20,000 nt of DNA from Sphaeroforma arctica JP610 (lineage: Eukaryota). The stretch covers positions 46,022 to 66,021 of the forward strand of contig NW_014040153.1 of NCBI RefSeq assembly GCF_001186125.1, read 5' to 3'. A program made the position numbers and the translations under genes. Under the pieces are notes generated by a model that was not told the origin of the DNA, did not search any database, and was given only the letters and a program-made list of their open reading frames with translations. Positions 1-10,074 of the stretch are shown piece by piece. The first letter of the stretch is position 1. Each line of letters starts with the position of its first letter.

Positions 1-362
1 GTGGCAAGTTATTGGTTAAGACAATAACTAAGGACATCAAGAGTATTTTTCTTTTCTTCTAAAGCTAGGATTTTATGAGTCTCTCGGATTCGCCCCAATG
101 AAACATACCATAGTTTCTAATAGAGCGACAACGAAAAACTAAATAAAATCCCTTCGGCGAAAACAGTACTGAGAGGATTATATATAGGCAATGTCTCAGC
201 CTCACAATCCCTCAGAGTATTGCTGTTTTCACGAGGCATACCTAACTTTACTAAAAGTCTTATTTCGTTTATTTACTTTGATATTTTCACGATACTTAGA
301 ATTTACCTACGTGTTTATTTACTCTAAGGCGTTAATATCGCCGTAATAGACCGAATCTTACA
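1..362 (+). repeat. 5' LTR of E1 (3' part only)
   Basis: Aligns with ~7467-7792 with scattered substitutions and two indels. Ends ...GAATCTTACA. Confidence 0.92.
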
Positions 363-460
363 CATTTTAAAGTTAGCAAAGGTATTAATTACTTAGACTA
401 CTTAAGCGTTAAGGTAGATTAACTACCACACAAAAAATCTAGTAGTCATAAGTTAAGATT

Positions 461-2288
461 ATGACCAAGAAAGACAATACTCCTTTTAAAAAGCGTAGAG
501 CTGAAAAGAAGAAGATGGAGAGAGAAGCCGCTAGCGCTGCCGCAGAAGCAACCGCTGCCGCTGCTAAGAAGTGATACAAGGGACACGTCTCAAGACGCCC
601 CAACCCATTCGTCTGACAAAATTCAGAAAGAAAAGTTCACAATTGTAAGGGAGTCCCCAATTATAAGGGACAAGGACAAATCTCAGAAGGAACCTATAAT
701 GGAACCAGAGGAAGAGGCAAGCTCAAGTGGCAACCCCGAATCTACGTCTAAGACTACTAAGCTAACGCGCATAAGTAAGTTAGATACTGAAAACACTGAT
801 CTTAAGAATAAGTTAGCTACCCTTAAGAAAGACTTGACTGTTGAACATGTAGATCGATTGTAAACATCAGGAAAACATACACAGGACTTACCGCCACTTT
901 TACCCAATTGGGATGACAAACGTCGGAAACCAGTTAAGACTGGGTATGTTATCCAAACGCATGAATCACCCAAGATTATAATACCAACCACTATCCGAGG
1001 AACAGCGCACCGAAAGGCCTCGACTATGGCCTTTACAAGGGGTAATAAACACCCCCGTAGACGTGTTAACGAAGTTGAATTTAATCGCTTCGATCGCACA
1101 GCACTACATCAACTCGCAGCGGATTTTCGCTCTGACGAGGTGACCGAACTTAACAAATCGGTCGACGATTATACCATTAAAATGGAAATCGCCCACGATG
1201 CGCATCATGCTGAGGATGTATCATATTTTGCTAATATGATAGCGATTAAGCAAACGCGCATCGATCAGCTACTTCAGGCCCAACGTGGACAAGACTACAA
1301 GGATAACCAGAAGTACAAAGGACAGATCAGTCGACTTAAGTAGAACTGGGATGCCAACAGTAAGCAAGTCGAGTTTATAAACAGCCATGACCTCGACACG
1401 CTAACCCGTACGCTTAATGCGTTTACGGTCATGCTGGAGACGAATGATATCGCTCTCCAGCAAAGGATATCTGCTTTAATGCAGACGTTTGACCCTACAG
1501 GTACAAGTTATTTGATCCTGCAGCGACACCAACATGAGCTAGACACTTGTCGTGACTGGCCAGCTGTATGTTGGTTGGCTACATCCTTGTTAAGTAAGGA
1601 CATGCGTAACCCAGGACTGAGTTCAATTTTAACTGAACCAGTTGAGAACACGCCCATTCAGAGATATATTCTGAAGCTAGATGCTGACCTGAAACGTCCA
1701 GATATAACAAAGGACAAGGCACGGTGATGGTACGAGTCCCTGGTTATGCACGTGTTCTGTAAAAACATAGGAAATAACGACCGTGAGAGCCTGTACACCG
1801 AGTTGCGACGTAAACACGCGACTGAGGCTCGAGACAAGGGACATGAAACAAAGTTTCATCTATCCCGACTTACGTGGGAACAGTTTTATGATACTGTATC
1901 CACCCTTTTCCCCGCACACCGAGTAGCATCGAAGGGAAAAGTGGCTGTTAAGAAGCCGCGGGAGCACACCGATCACGGATACGTATCCAGGTAGACCTCT
2001 AACGAGAGACCCCAACATACACGTGCTCGCGACTCCACTCTATCCACGCGACCCAATAAACGGGCACGCGCGGAGGCGAGGGACAAGGAACCTCCATTTA
2101 AAGAGATTAAGAAATGTGCCGATGCACAGTGTGGGTATGACATGTACCAAATAACCCCTAACGGATATTGGAATGGTAGACATGCATCCATCTGTACACA
2201 CTTTCTTATTAAGTGCGACAAGTGTGAGAAGACAAATGGCTATCACACTAAGTCTTGTGACAAAGAGCCCAACATTAAGGTGGAGTGA
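461..2288 (+). pseudogene. gag: gag-like region of E1 with C-terminal Cys/His clusters
   Basis: ATG at 461 (MTKKDNTPFKKRRAEKKK...). ORF pieces at 1026, 1431 and 1746 share one frame, separated by single stops. Ends CADAQC..H..C and CDKC..H..C directly upstream of the protease. Confidence 0.7.
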
Positions 2289-2339
2289 AGGTACTACCAG
2301 GTACAATCGTTACACAGATAATACAACGACTCTTTAGAT

Positions 2340-2650
2340 GAGCATGTAATAATCCCTGTATACTGCAATGGAAATAAAATCCTTGCGTTGATTGATCCTG
2401 GTTCAGAAATTTCATGTATATCCGATCGCTTTGCATTAATGAAAGATATCGAAAGGAGAACACAAACAACTCACCTCATTTTAGTTGATGATAAAACTTC
2501 TAAGTGTGATACCATGGCCACATATGTTAAAATTTCCCTGGCCGATGATAGGATCATCACTACCCAAGCTGTAATAGTTAAGATGTCACAGAAGTACGAC
2601 AATATAGTCGGAATGAGCGATTTACTCACTCTAGGTATAACCGTAGCTGG
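2340..2650 (+). pseudogene. pol: retroviral-type aspartic protease of E1
   Basis: HVIIPVYCNGNKILALIDPGSEISCIS ... YDNIVGMSDL. DPG is a variant of D[ST]G. Same frame as gag. Confidence 0.85.
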
Positions 2651-2899
2651 TCTACCAAATAACATAGATCCATTAAAGGATCAGTCAGACAATAACTGTC
2701 TGAATTCATATAAGCCCCCGTCATACACAGTCAAGGCATTAACACCTGACTTTGCGAACAAAATCATGGATCTGATTCTAGTAAATAAGAAGATAAAGAT
2801 CACAGATTGAGCAAAATTACGTTTTAACGACGGGTATGTCAGCCTTGACTTAACCAAGGTGGACTTTACACAGTTAAAGTGTCCCTCAAGGAACTATGT

Positions 2900-4130
2900 A
2901 TCCTGGAGACACGAGGCTGTGGTAATAGAACAAGTTGAGAAATGGCTAGCAGATGGAGTTTTTGGCACTGCTAGCCGTAGACCAACATAACTCTGACGGA
3001 TCGTTTAAGAAAGTCAGGGTATATTTAAATATGAGTCCAATAAAAATTATATTGCCGACTCATAGCTTTCACTTACCTCGTATTATCGAGCTACTGCGAA
3101 GGGTGGAAGGTGCTACAGTATTTACAACTATAGACCTTACACAAGGAAACCATCAAATGCAGGTATATGAACCACATCGTAAATACTTTAGTTTTACGTG
3201 GAAAGGTGAACAATACAGGTTCAGAGGTACACCTTTCGGGTTACACTCTTTACCAGCATTCTTCCAACAAGTAATGGAAGAAATGTTTGCAGACTTGCCT
3301 AACTTGCAAGTTTACATAGATGACATAGTCATCTTTTCCAAAACTAATGGTGAACACGCCGCATTAGTCAGACGAGTCCTTTAGAGACTCAACGAGCAAA
3401 ACTTCAAGATTAACGAGAAGAAATATCACTTCGCTATGAGCGAAATACAGCTCTTAGGCTACCGATTATCTGGGGAAGGTATTAAAATCGACCCCGGTAA
3501 GGTAGCACACCTGTTATATTGGCGAACACCAACTACATGAAGAGATGTTAACAGCATGTGTGGGTTTGTAAACTTCTTTTCAGATGAAGCACCACACTTA
3601 GCTGACTACCTTAAACCTTTTGGACACTTAAGATGTCATAAAGGCAAACTAGGATACTTGTGGACTAAAGAGTGTGATGACGCATTTAAAGCCCTCAAAC
3701 ACGCAGTCCAGCAAGCACCTGTTGTACAAGGACCAGTCGATGGCGTGCCGTTTGAAATAGCAACGGACGCCTCCGACTTAGCCTTAGGAGAGGAGTATTA
3801 TATCAGGTTATAGATAACAAACCCAGATATATACAATTCTTTGGTCGAGCAATGAATGCTTCACAGTTGAATTACCCAACAGTTAAACAAGAGCTATTAG
3901 CCACAGTGGCAGCTCTAACACACTTCCGATATTACTTATACAGAACAGCATTTACGCTGATGTGTGATCAGAAATCTCTTCAATATATGAAAGAGATGAA
4001 CCCCGACTCACAATTACTAAGTCGCTGGCATGATACAATATCAAAGTTTCATTTTGATATAAAACATCTGCCAGGAATACATAACCATTTACCGGATATG
4101 TTATCACGCTTCGTACCGGACTCTAATAAA
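2900..4130 (+). pseudogene. pol: reverse transcriptase and RNase H of E1
   Basis: VFTTIDLTQGNHQ, TPFGL, VYIDDIVIFS, LLGYRLS. RNase H: IATDASD, YPTVKQELLA, CDQKSL, HLPGIHNHLPDMLSR. Stops at 3382 and 3538 and a frameshift near 3795. Confidence 0.95.
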
Positions 4131-4154
4131 TCCGTACGTGAGTCACTCGCCACT

Positions 4155-4843
4155 GACTAGAAATATAATCCCAGGTGGTTTAAACTGGCTCAAAAGATAT
4201 TTGGGCCACATACCATAGATATGTTTGCTGCACATCATAATGCACAACTATCCAATTACAGGACTTTAAATCATCCTTTGGGAGACACCTTTCAAATAGA
4301 CCTCTCCAAACATAATGTGTGGGCTAATCCACAATGGCAGTTAATTGCCCAGCTATTAAATTATATTCATATACCTAAAGCTACTATCACGTTGTGTTGC
4401 CCATTATGGAGTAAAGATCCATGGCTTAATAAATTGATNNNNNNNNNNNNNNNNNNNNNNNNNNNNNNNNNNNNNNNNNNNNNNNNNNNNNNNNNNNNNN
4501 NNNNNNNNNNNNNNNNNNNNNNNNNNNNNNNNNNNNNNNNNNNNNNNNNNNNNNNNNNNNNNNNNNNNNNNNNNNNNNNNNNNNNNNNNNNNNNNNNNNN
4601 NNNNNNNNNNNNNNNNNNNNNNNNNNNNNNNNNNNNNNNNNNNNNNNNNNNNNNNNNNNNNNNNNNNNNNNNNNNNNNNNNNNNNNNNNNNNNNNNNNNN
4701 NNNNNNNNNNNNNNNNNNNNNNNNNNNNNNNNNNNNNNNNNNNNNNNNNNNNNNNNNNNNNNNNNNNNNNNNNNNNNNNNNNNNNNNNNNNNNNNNNNNN
4801 NNNNNNNNNNNNNNNNNNNNATACTATAATATGTCGTATAGGT
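4155..4843 (+). pseudogene. Dam-like N6-adenine DNA methyltransferase domain in E1 pol (interrupted by the gap)
   Basis: In frame with RNase H: D*KYNPRWFKLAQKIFGPHTIDMFAAHHNAQLSNY...DTFQIDLSKHNVWANPQWQLIAQLL...ATITLCCPLWSKDPW. The C-terminal strand TIICRIG follows the gap. Confidence 0.8.
4439..4820. other. assembly gap (382 N)
   Basis: Run of N. Confidence 1.
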
Positions 4844-4958
4844 CCCATTGGAACAACCAAATGGACCCCTTCTGAGACCTTCCTTAACAAGGTCAAAGAA
4901 TCTGATATTCCACTCTCTACCCAATTGAACGCTAAGCAGTTCAAAAGCAATACAGCAC

Positions 4959-6359
4959 TTGAAGTCTGCGCACAAAAAAATACAATCTACTAATGACACT
5001 ACTGATAAGAAGCGTCAGTCTCTAGCTAGGACTCTGATTAATAACATACAGTCCAAGCCCGAGGTCTTTCAAACTCTATTTCTAAAGGGATTAATGAAAG
5101 ACAATCCTGAAGCGTATACACGTATAATGCGACTACTTAATAAGTCAGGTGTATCTAACGCACATGAGCGCACTTATGACACTCATGCGAAAGCAGGACA
5201 TGAGTCTGGAAACACTACAGACTTGGAGACCACGCAAGTAGATTCTCAACACCCTACCTTTATTCTGGAGGAGCAGAATGATGAAAACATTCTTGCTTGG
5301 CTGACGCAAAACCATAAGCTGAAGCACCAGAACGTAGTAGACGCACTTAAAGATGCGAAGCGAAATGGGATCGCGCACCCTATGCTGACAACTTTAGTTG
5401 ACAGAGTATATCAGTCATGTACAGACTGTGATCTCAATCAGATCAAGCGCTATGGGTTCGCACCGCTTAAGAGTGTGACTGAAGATGTTCAATGGCGCAG
5501 GGTCATCATTGATCTGACTGACCTGCCCACGTCCGAACACGCAGACGACCTTTACGTATGCCACTTCTTTGATGTGGCGTCACGGTTTATTTTGCTCTAT
5601 CCATTAAAGGATAAGAATACGCAGACCGTGGCAGAATTATGTTGCCAAGTCTTTGCTGACCACGGGTGGCCAGGTATTATGTTCACTGATAACGGTAGTG
5701 AGTTCTGCGATGACGTAATGGAAACGCTAGTACTCGTATCAGGCATATGCAATAAGAGAGGTGTGCCATATAAGTTGCAAACGCAAGGCGCGAATGAAAC
5801 GCGCCATAGAAGATTTAAGTACATCTTGCGTACTGCATTGACGGATGATGCAGATGATTGGCCGTACTACCTTAAGTGGGTACAAACACAGATGAACGAA
5901 TGTGCTGATCCGGTTACAGGAACTACAACCACTCACTATTTTCGTGGCACATATAGTGAGTTACAATTACCCTTTAACAAGGACGAACCTGATCACCATG
6001 AGTTACCATGGTTAGAGAAGGTACAACGTACTTATAACGTTGTATATCCTTGCTTGCGAGAAATACGCAATATAGCCTTATTGAAAAGGCAAAAGCGTTG
6101 GAACACTACCAAGAAGATAGCAGAGTATCAGGTCGGTGACAGAGTTAACATCCGTCAACGTAATCCCGATGCTACTGTATTATCATCTAAATGGATAGGT
6201 CCATATATAATCTCTGTAGCAGACACTAAAAGTGGAATGTACGAGGTAAATAACCCCGATGGTTCTAGTGCGCTTCATATAGGCACAAGTCGTATTCCGA
6301 CTACAGAGATTATACTCGCAAGAAGACATGACTCTAATGCCCCTCTTGATCGTTCTTAA
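4959..6359 (+). pseudogene. pol: linker and DDE integrase of E1
   Basis: HKLKH...CTDC zinc finger, VIIDLTD, FTDNGSEF, GANETRH and SKWIGPYII (GPY/F). This part is an open frame but belongs to a disrupted polyprotein. Confidence 0.93.
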
Positions 6360-6678
6360 TTTAAAGACATTATATGGAGAACGGATAAGGGAGGCTATAC
6401 ATACTATCGTACACGCTTTATAGACGGTACAATAGCTGAGTTAACTTCAGATGCGTTCGATAATCAAGACTATTTAAAAGCCTTTAATCGAAGAGATTAT
6501 ACTCGCAAGAAGACATGACTCTAATGCCCCTCTTGATCGTTCGGAATTTAAAGACAGTATATGGAGAACGGATAAGGGAGGCTATACATACTATCGTACA
6601 CGCTTTATAGACGGTACAATAGCTGAGTTGACTTCAGATGCTTTCGATAATCAAGACTGTTTAAAAGCCTTTAATCGA
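6305..6678 (+). repeat. 187-bp tandem duplication covering the chromodomain-like end of E1 pol
   Basis: 6305-6491 and 6492-6678 are nearly identical. Encodes EFKDIIWRTDKGGYTYYRTRFIDGTIAELTSDAFDNQDYLKAFNR. Confidence 0.93.
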
Positions 6679-7036
6679 AAATGGCCTGCATAAGTCACAA
6701 GCTGAAAAAGATAGCATGTTTCCATCGTCTGAAGGAACGGAAGTTAAAACGTATCCGCCTACAGCATTTATCCCGAGCTTTAATGCTCATCCTTCATATG
6801 TGTTTAAGACACTGAAGCGTAAGAAACGTCCAGTCGACCACCACGGACCTACTGGACCAAAGCCCAAAACTCACAGGGTAACCGAGAACGTTTAACTTCT
6901 CCGCCTGAGAAACATTAATTATATGTTATGCTACTTAAATGTTTCGACCCGTCTTTTTCCTTTCTCGCTTTTTGACCCATAATCAGCTTGAGTGAGCAAC
7001 TTGCTTCTCACGGGTCTCAAAGCTGGGTGAGGGCTG

Positions 7037-7792
7037 TGTAATAAGCCGGGCCTCCACATTAGACTCTATGTTATAAACGTACTCTTAAGCAGTACGTAAA
7101 TTATAAACGTACTCTTAATAGTACGAGGAACTCAAGTTTCCTAACTGTACTCTTAATAGTACGAGGAACTTAAGTTTCCTAAAATGGTTTTTAATGGTTT
7201 AATTAATTAATACCTTTTCCATTTTATATATCAGATATTTGGACGAGGCCATTAAAAGGCCCCAGCAAAATACCAAACATAAGAGTTGGTCTAGTTCTAT
7301 TAATAGAACCATATTTACTTTCCATCTTTATTTATATCTGAATACTTCGGTAGCGAGATGGCTCAACCGAATATAGGTTTCTAGGGACTATGTTACCTAG
7401 TTGATCCTCCGATCAGCCAACTAGATGTGCCAGTCTGATGAAGGCTAAGTCGGTAATTCTTGATAAGTGGCAAGTCAATAACTAAGGACATCAAGAGTAT
7501 TTTTTCTTCTTCTAAAGAAAACCCCAATGAAACATACCATAGTTTCTAATAGAGCGACAACGAAACACTAAATAAAAACCCTTCGGCGGAAACAGTACTG
7601 AGAGAAATATATATAGGCAATATCTCAGCCTCATAATCCCTCATAGTATTGCTGTTTTCACGAGGCATACCTAACTTTACTAAAAGTCTCGTTTCGTTTA
7701 TTTGCTTTGATATTTTTTACGATACTTTGAACTTACCTACTCGTTTATTTACTCTATGGCGTTAATATCTCCTTAATAGACCGAATCTTACA
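7037..7792 (+). repeat. 3' LTR of E1 (~756 bp)
   Basis: TGTAA...TTACA termini, preceded by the purine-rich tract GGGTGAGGG. The 3' part matches 1-362. Confidence 0.88.
7071..7183 (+). repeat. palindromic tandem units in the U3 region of the E1 LTR
   Basis: GTACTCTTAA(T/G)(C)AGTACG three times and AGGAACT(C/T)AAGTTTCCT twice. Confidence 0.8.
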
Positions 7793-8670
7793 AAGACTCC
7801 AGCCGACGTTGAACGCTTCAAAGCACAACTTCTTTCGGAATTCGACTGCTCTGTCCTCGGCAAACCCACCTGGCTTCCCGGCTGTCGCATTATCACTAAC
7901 GTTGATTCTACTAGCATCGTCCGAACCTCATACATTAATGAGGCCCTCGAGCACTTAGATATCCCCACCGCTCATCCAGTCAACACCCCCCTTCCGACTC
8001 CTTTTACTACCCATACCGCGAACTCGTCGGCACCCTTCACTACCTCTTTATCCTAGCGCGCATCGATATCACCATCGCCGTCAACAATCTCTCACGTTTC
8101 ATTTTCAACCCTATCGAAGACCACTGGCTCGCTGCCTGTCGCGTCCTCCGCTATCTCCGAACCAGACCCACGCTTGGCCTCGAGTACAGCAAAACACCCC
8201 AACCGCTCTCCACTGACGCCTACGCTGATTCCGACTATGCCAGCTGCTTCACTACCCGTCGTTCCACCACCGGTTACGTCATTCGCGTATGTAGCACACA
8301 AGTGATTTGGAAAGTAAACGCCAAAAACTGTCAGCACTAGCACTGCTGAAGCCGAATACTTTACTGCCAGTGAAGCCGCTAAACACATACAGTGGCGCCG
8401 CAACTTCTTAACTGAACTTGGCTTTACCCCCGATGCCCCCACTGATATCCATAGCGATAACCAATCCGCCGTACATGTCATCCCCAACTCGGGCACTCCT
8501 AAGCAGCTGAAGCACGTCGTGTGTTCGCGTTCACCATATTCGTGACCTCCAGGACCAAGGTGTCACCGCCACCAAATACGTTAACTCTGCCGATAACATC
8601 GCAGACACCTTGACTAAGAGCCTTCCTCGACCCACCCACTCTAAACATACATCTAACACACTCACCGCCA
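7793..8670 (+). pseudogene. pol: Copia RT C-terminus and RNase H (frameshifted)
   Basis: FKAQLLSEFDCSVLGKPTWL, DITIAVNNLSRF, RVLRYL, AYADSDYA, RRSTTGYV, STAEAEY, SDNQSA, KHV, NIADTLTK. Confidence 0.93.
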
Positions 8671-8804
8671 TCCCCGACCCTGATCAACCGTCTCTTGTTG
8701 CAACACTAGCACATTCGTTCAATAACAACCATACACACATTACCAACACAACATCGTCCATACCTTCAGGAGAGCTCCGCCCGATCGATGCTCACCGCCA
8801 TCCG

Positions 8805-9256
8805 CCCTCTGCTTTGATCCATCCTCCACCCTCCTGTCTATATCTTCACTACTACCCATCTAGACACCAGCCCTACTTACTCTAGACCCACTATCGTACC
8901 TATATACATACGCACATAACGTGCACAACACCCTACTTACTCTAGACCCACTATCCGTAACATCGCTACCCTATACTACACCCACGTACCTATACACATA
9001 CGCACACAACGTGCACAACACCCGACTGGTGACCACCGCCAAGACTCCTCCCCCTTCTACCCTCTGATTTGATCCATCCTCCTCCCTCCTGGCTATATCT
9101 TCACTACTATCCATCTAGACACCCGTCCTACTTACTCTAGACCCACTATGCGTAACATCGCTACCCTATACTACACCCACGTACCTATACCCAGACGCAC
9201 ACAACGTGCACAACACCCGACTGGTGACTACCACCAATACTCCTCCCCCTTCTACT
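8805..9256 (+). repeat. compound imperfect tandem repeats in the Copia A 3' UTR
   Basis: CTACTTACTCTAGACCCACTAT three times, ACGTGCACAACACCC three times and TTTGATCCATCCTC twice. Confidence 0.88.
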
Positions 9257-9526
9257 TTGTCCTCTCAGTTCACGCTCGCCCCCAACGCCTGCGGCCCCAG
9301 GCGCCATCACGAAACTTCTAATATTTATCCGATTCGCTGCCACCACTTAATGAAGCCCCAGTCCATTGCCCCACCACCCTTTTTTGTTTTCATTTAACAA
9401 ATATTCCAGCCTCAATGCAGTCTGAGGAGAGCAAGTCTATATGTTGCTACCAGTACCCTAGTAGAGTATCCAACACATATGCAATTATGTATACACACTG
9501 TCCTTTCGCTTCCAAATTCAGGAGAG

Positions 9527-9709
9527 TGTTGAGACGAATTTATACGACTCAAATCCTAAAACCCCAATAAGCCCAAAGTATATTACGGTTCATATTCTGG
9601 CCGAATAATTGTAATAATATCTTCAAAGAGCACATGATAATTATTATACTATATACCCAATATGTAATATGATAATGAAGTTACTCCGTTAAGCAAATGT
9701 ATATTTCAA
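9527..9709 (+). repeat. 3' LTR of Copia A (~183 bp)
   Basis: Follows the PPT. Aligns over its length with the reverse complement of 12486-12668. The 3' terminus is slightly degenerate. Confidence 0.85.
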
Positions 9710-9874
9710 GTAGCCTGATCTCAGTTCCATAATCAGTAGTTCTGCCTGAACCTATCTTGTAAAATGCCTTTGCTAGTGACGAGCTCCTCATTGATTCTAC
9801 GGGTTCAGGTCGTACCTCAGAAACGAATATTGCCGGTATTATTGTTGCCCGGGTCTCGGGTCTCTTCGGAGACC

Positions 9875-9990
9875 GTGGTGTCAAGAGTGGAATCTTAAAT
9901 TTATCCACATTGTTTTAGAAGTTTTTGATGATGTTCACTTTGTTGTAATCTGTACCTATTCGACATATTATAGTATGTCGCCAGGGCACC
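9875..9990 (-). pseudogene. relic of an E1-related Gypsy: MTase C-terminal strand plus linker
   Basis: PWRHTIICRIGTDYNKVNIIKNF*NNVDKFKIPLLT resembles E1 TIICRIG...FLNKVKESDIPLST. 22 of 23 nt match 4821-4843. Confidence 0.7.
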
Positions 9991-10074
9991 ATTTGAACTG
10001 TTCAGGTACAGATTGGCTCGTAACGAACCATTAGCAAAGTATCTAAAATAAATATTTACAGTCTATGACTTTCT

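Larger units (their letters stand above)
1..7792 (+). mobile_element. Ty3/Gypsy (chromovirus-like) LTR retrotransposon E1, degenerate; 5' LTR runs off the window
   Basis: Direct repeat 1-362 vs ~7467-7792. Domain order gag, protease (LIDPGS), RT (YIDD at 3313-3324), RNase H (ATDAS, ELLA, DQKSL), MTase-like domain, integrase (H..H..C..C, D,D,E, GPY), chromodomain. Multiple stops and frameshifts. Confidence 0.95.
7793..9709 (+). mobile_element. 3' half of a Ty1/Copia retrotransposon (Copia A), interrupted by E1
   Basis: Copia RT C-terminus and RNase H, repeat-rich 3' UTR, polypurine tract AGGAGAG, and an LTR starting TGTTGAGACG at 9527. Confidence 0.88.

Noticed and set aside
2900..4843. E1 as a DIRS element because of the RT-RH-MT order
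   Set aside because: It has an aspartic protease, a DDE integrase with GPY motif and direct TG...CA LTRs. No tyrosine recombinase or inverted/split repeats were seen.
4367..4999. Long ORFs spanning the N run
   Set aside because: Their length is an artefact of translating N as X.
7428..7472. Possible hammerhead ribozyme in the E1 LTR (TGCCA..CTGATGA..small stem..TGGCA)
   Set aside because: The required GAAA reads GTAA and no stem III with a UH cleavage site can be built. Worth revisiting only if the family consensus restores these.
8805..9256. CRISPR-like repeat array
   Set aside because: Intervening sequences are themselves repeated, spacing is irregular, there are no cas genes and the context is a eukaryotic retroelement.
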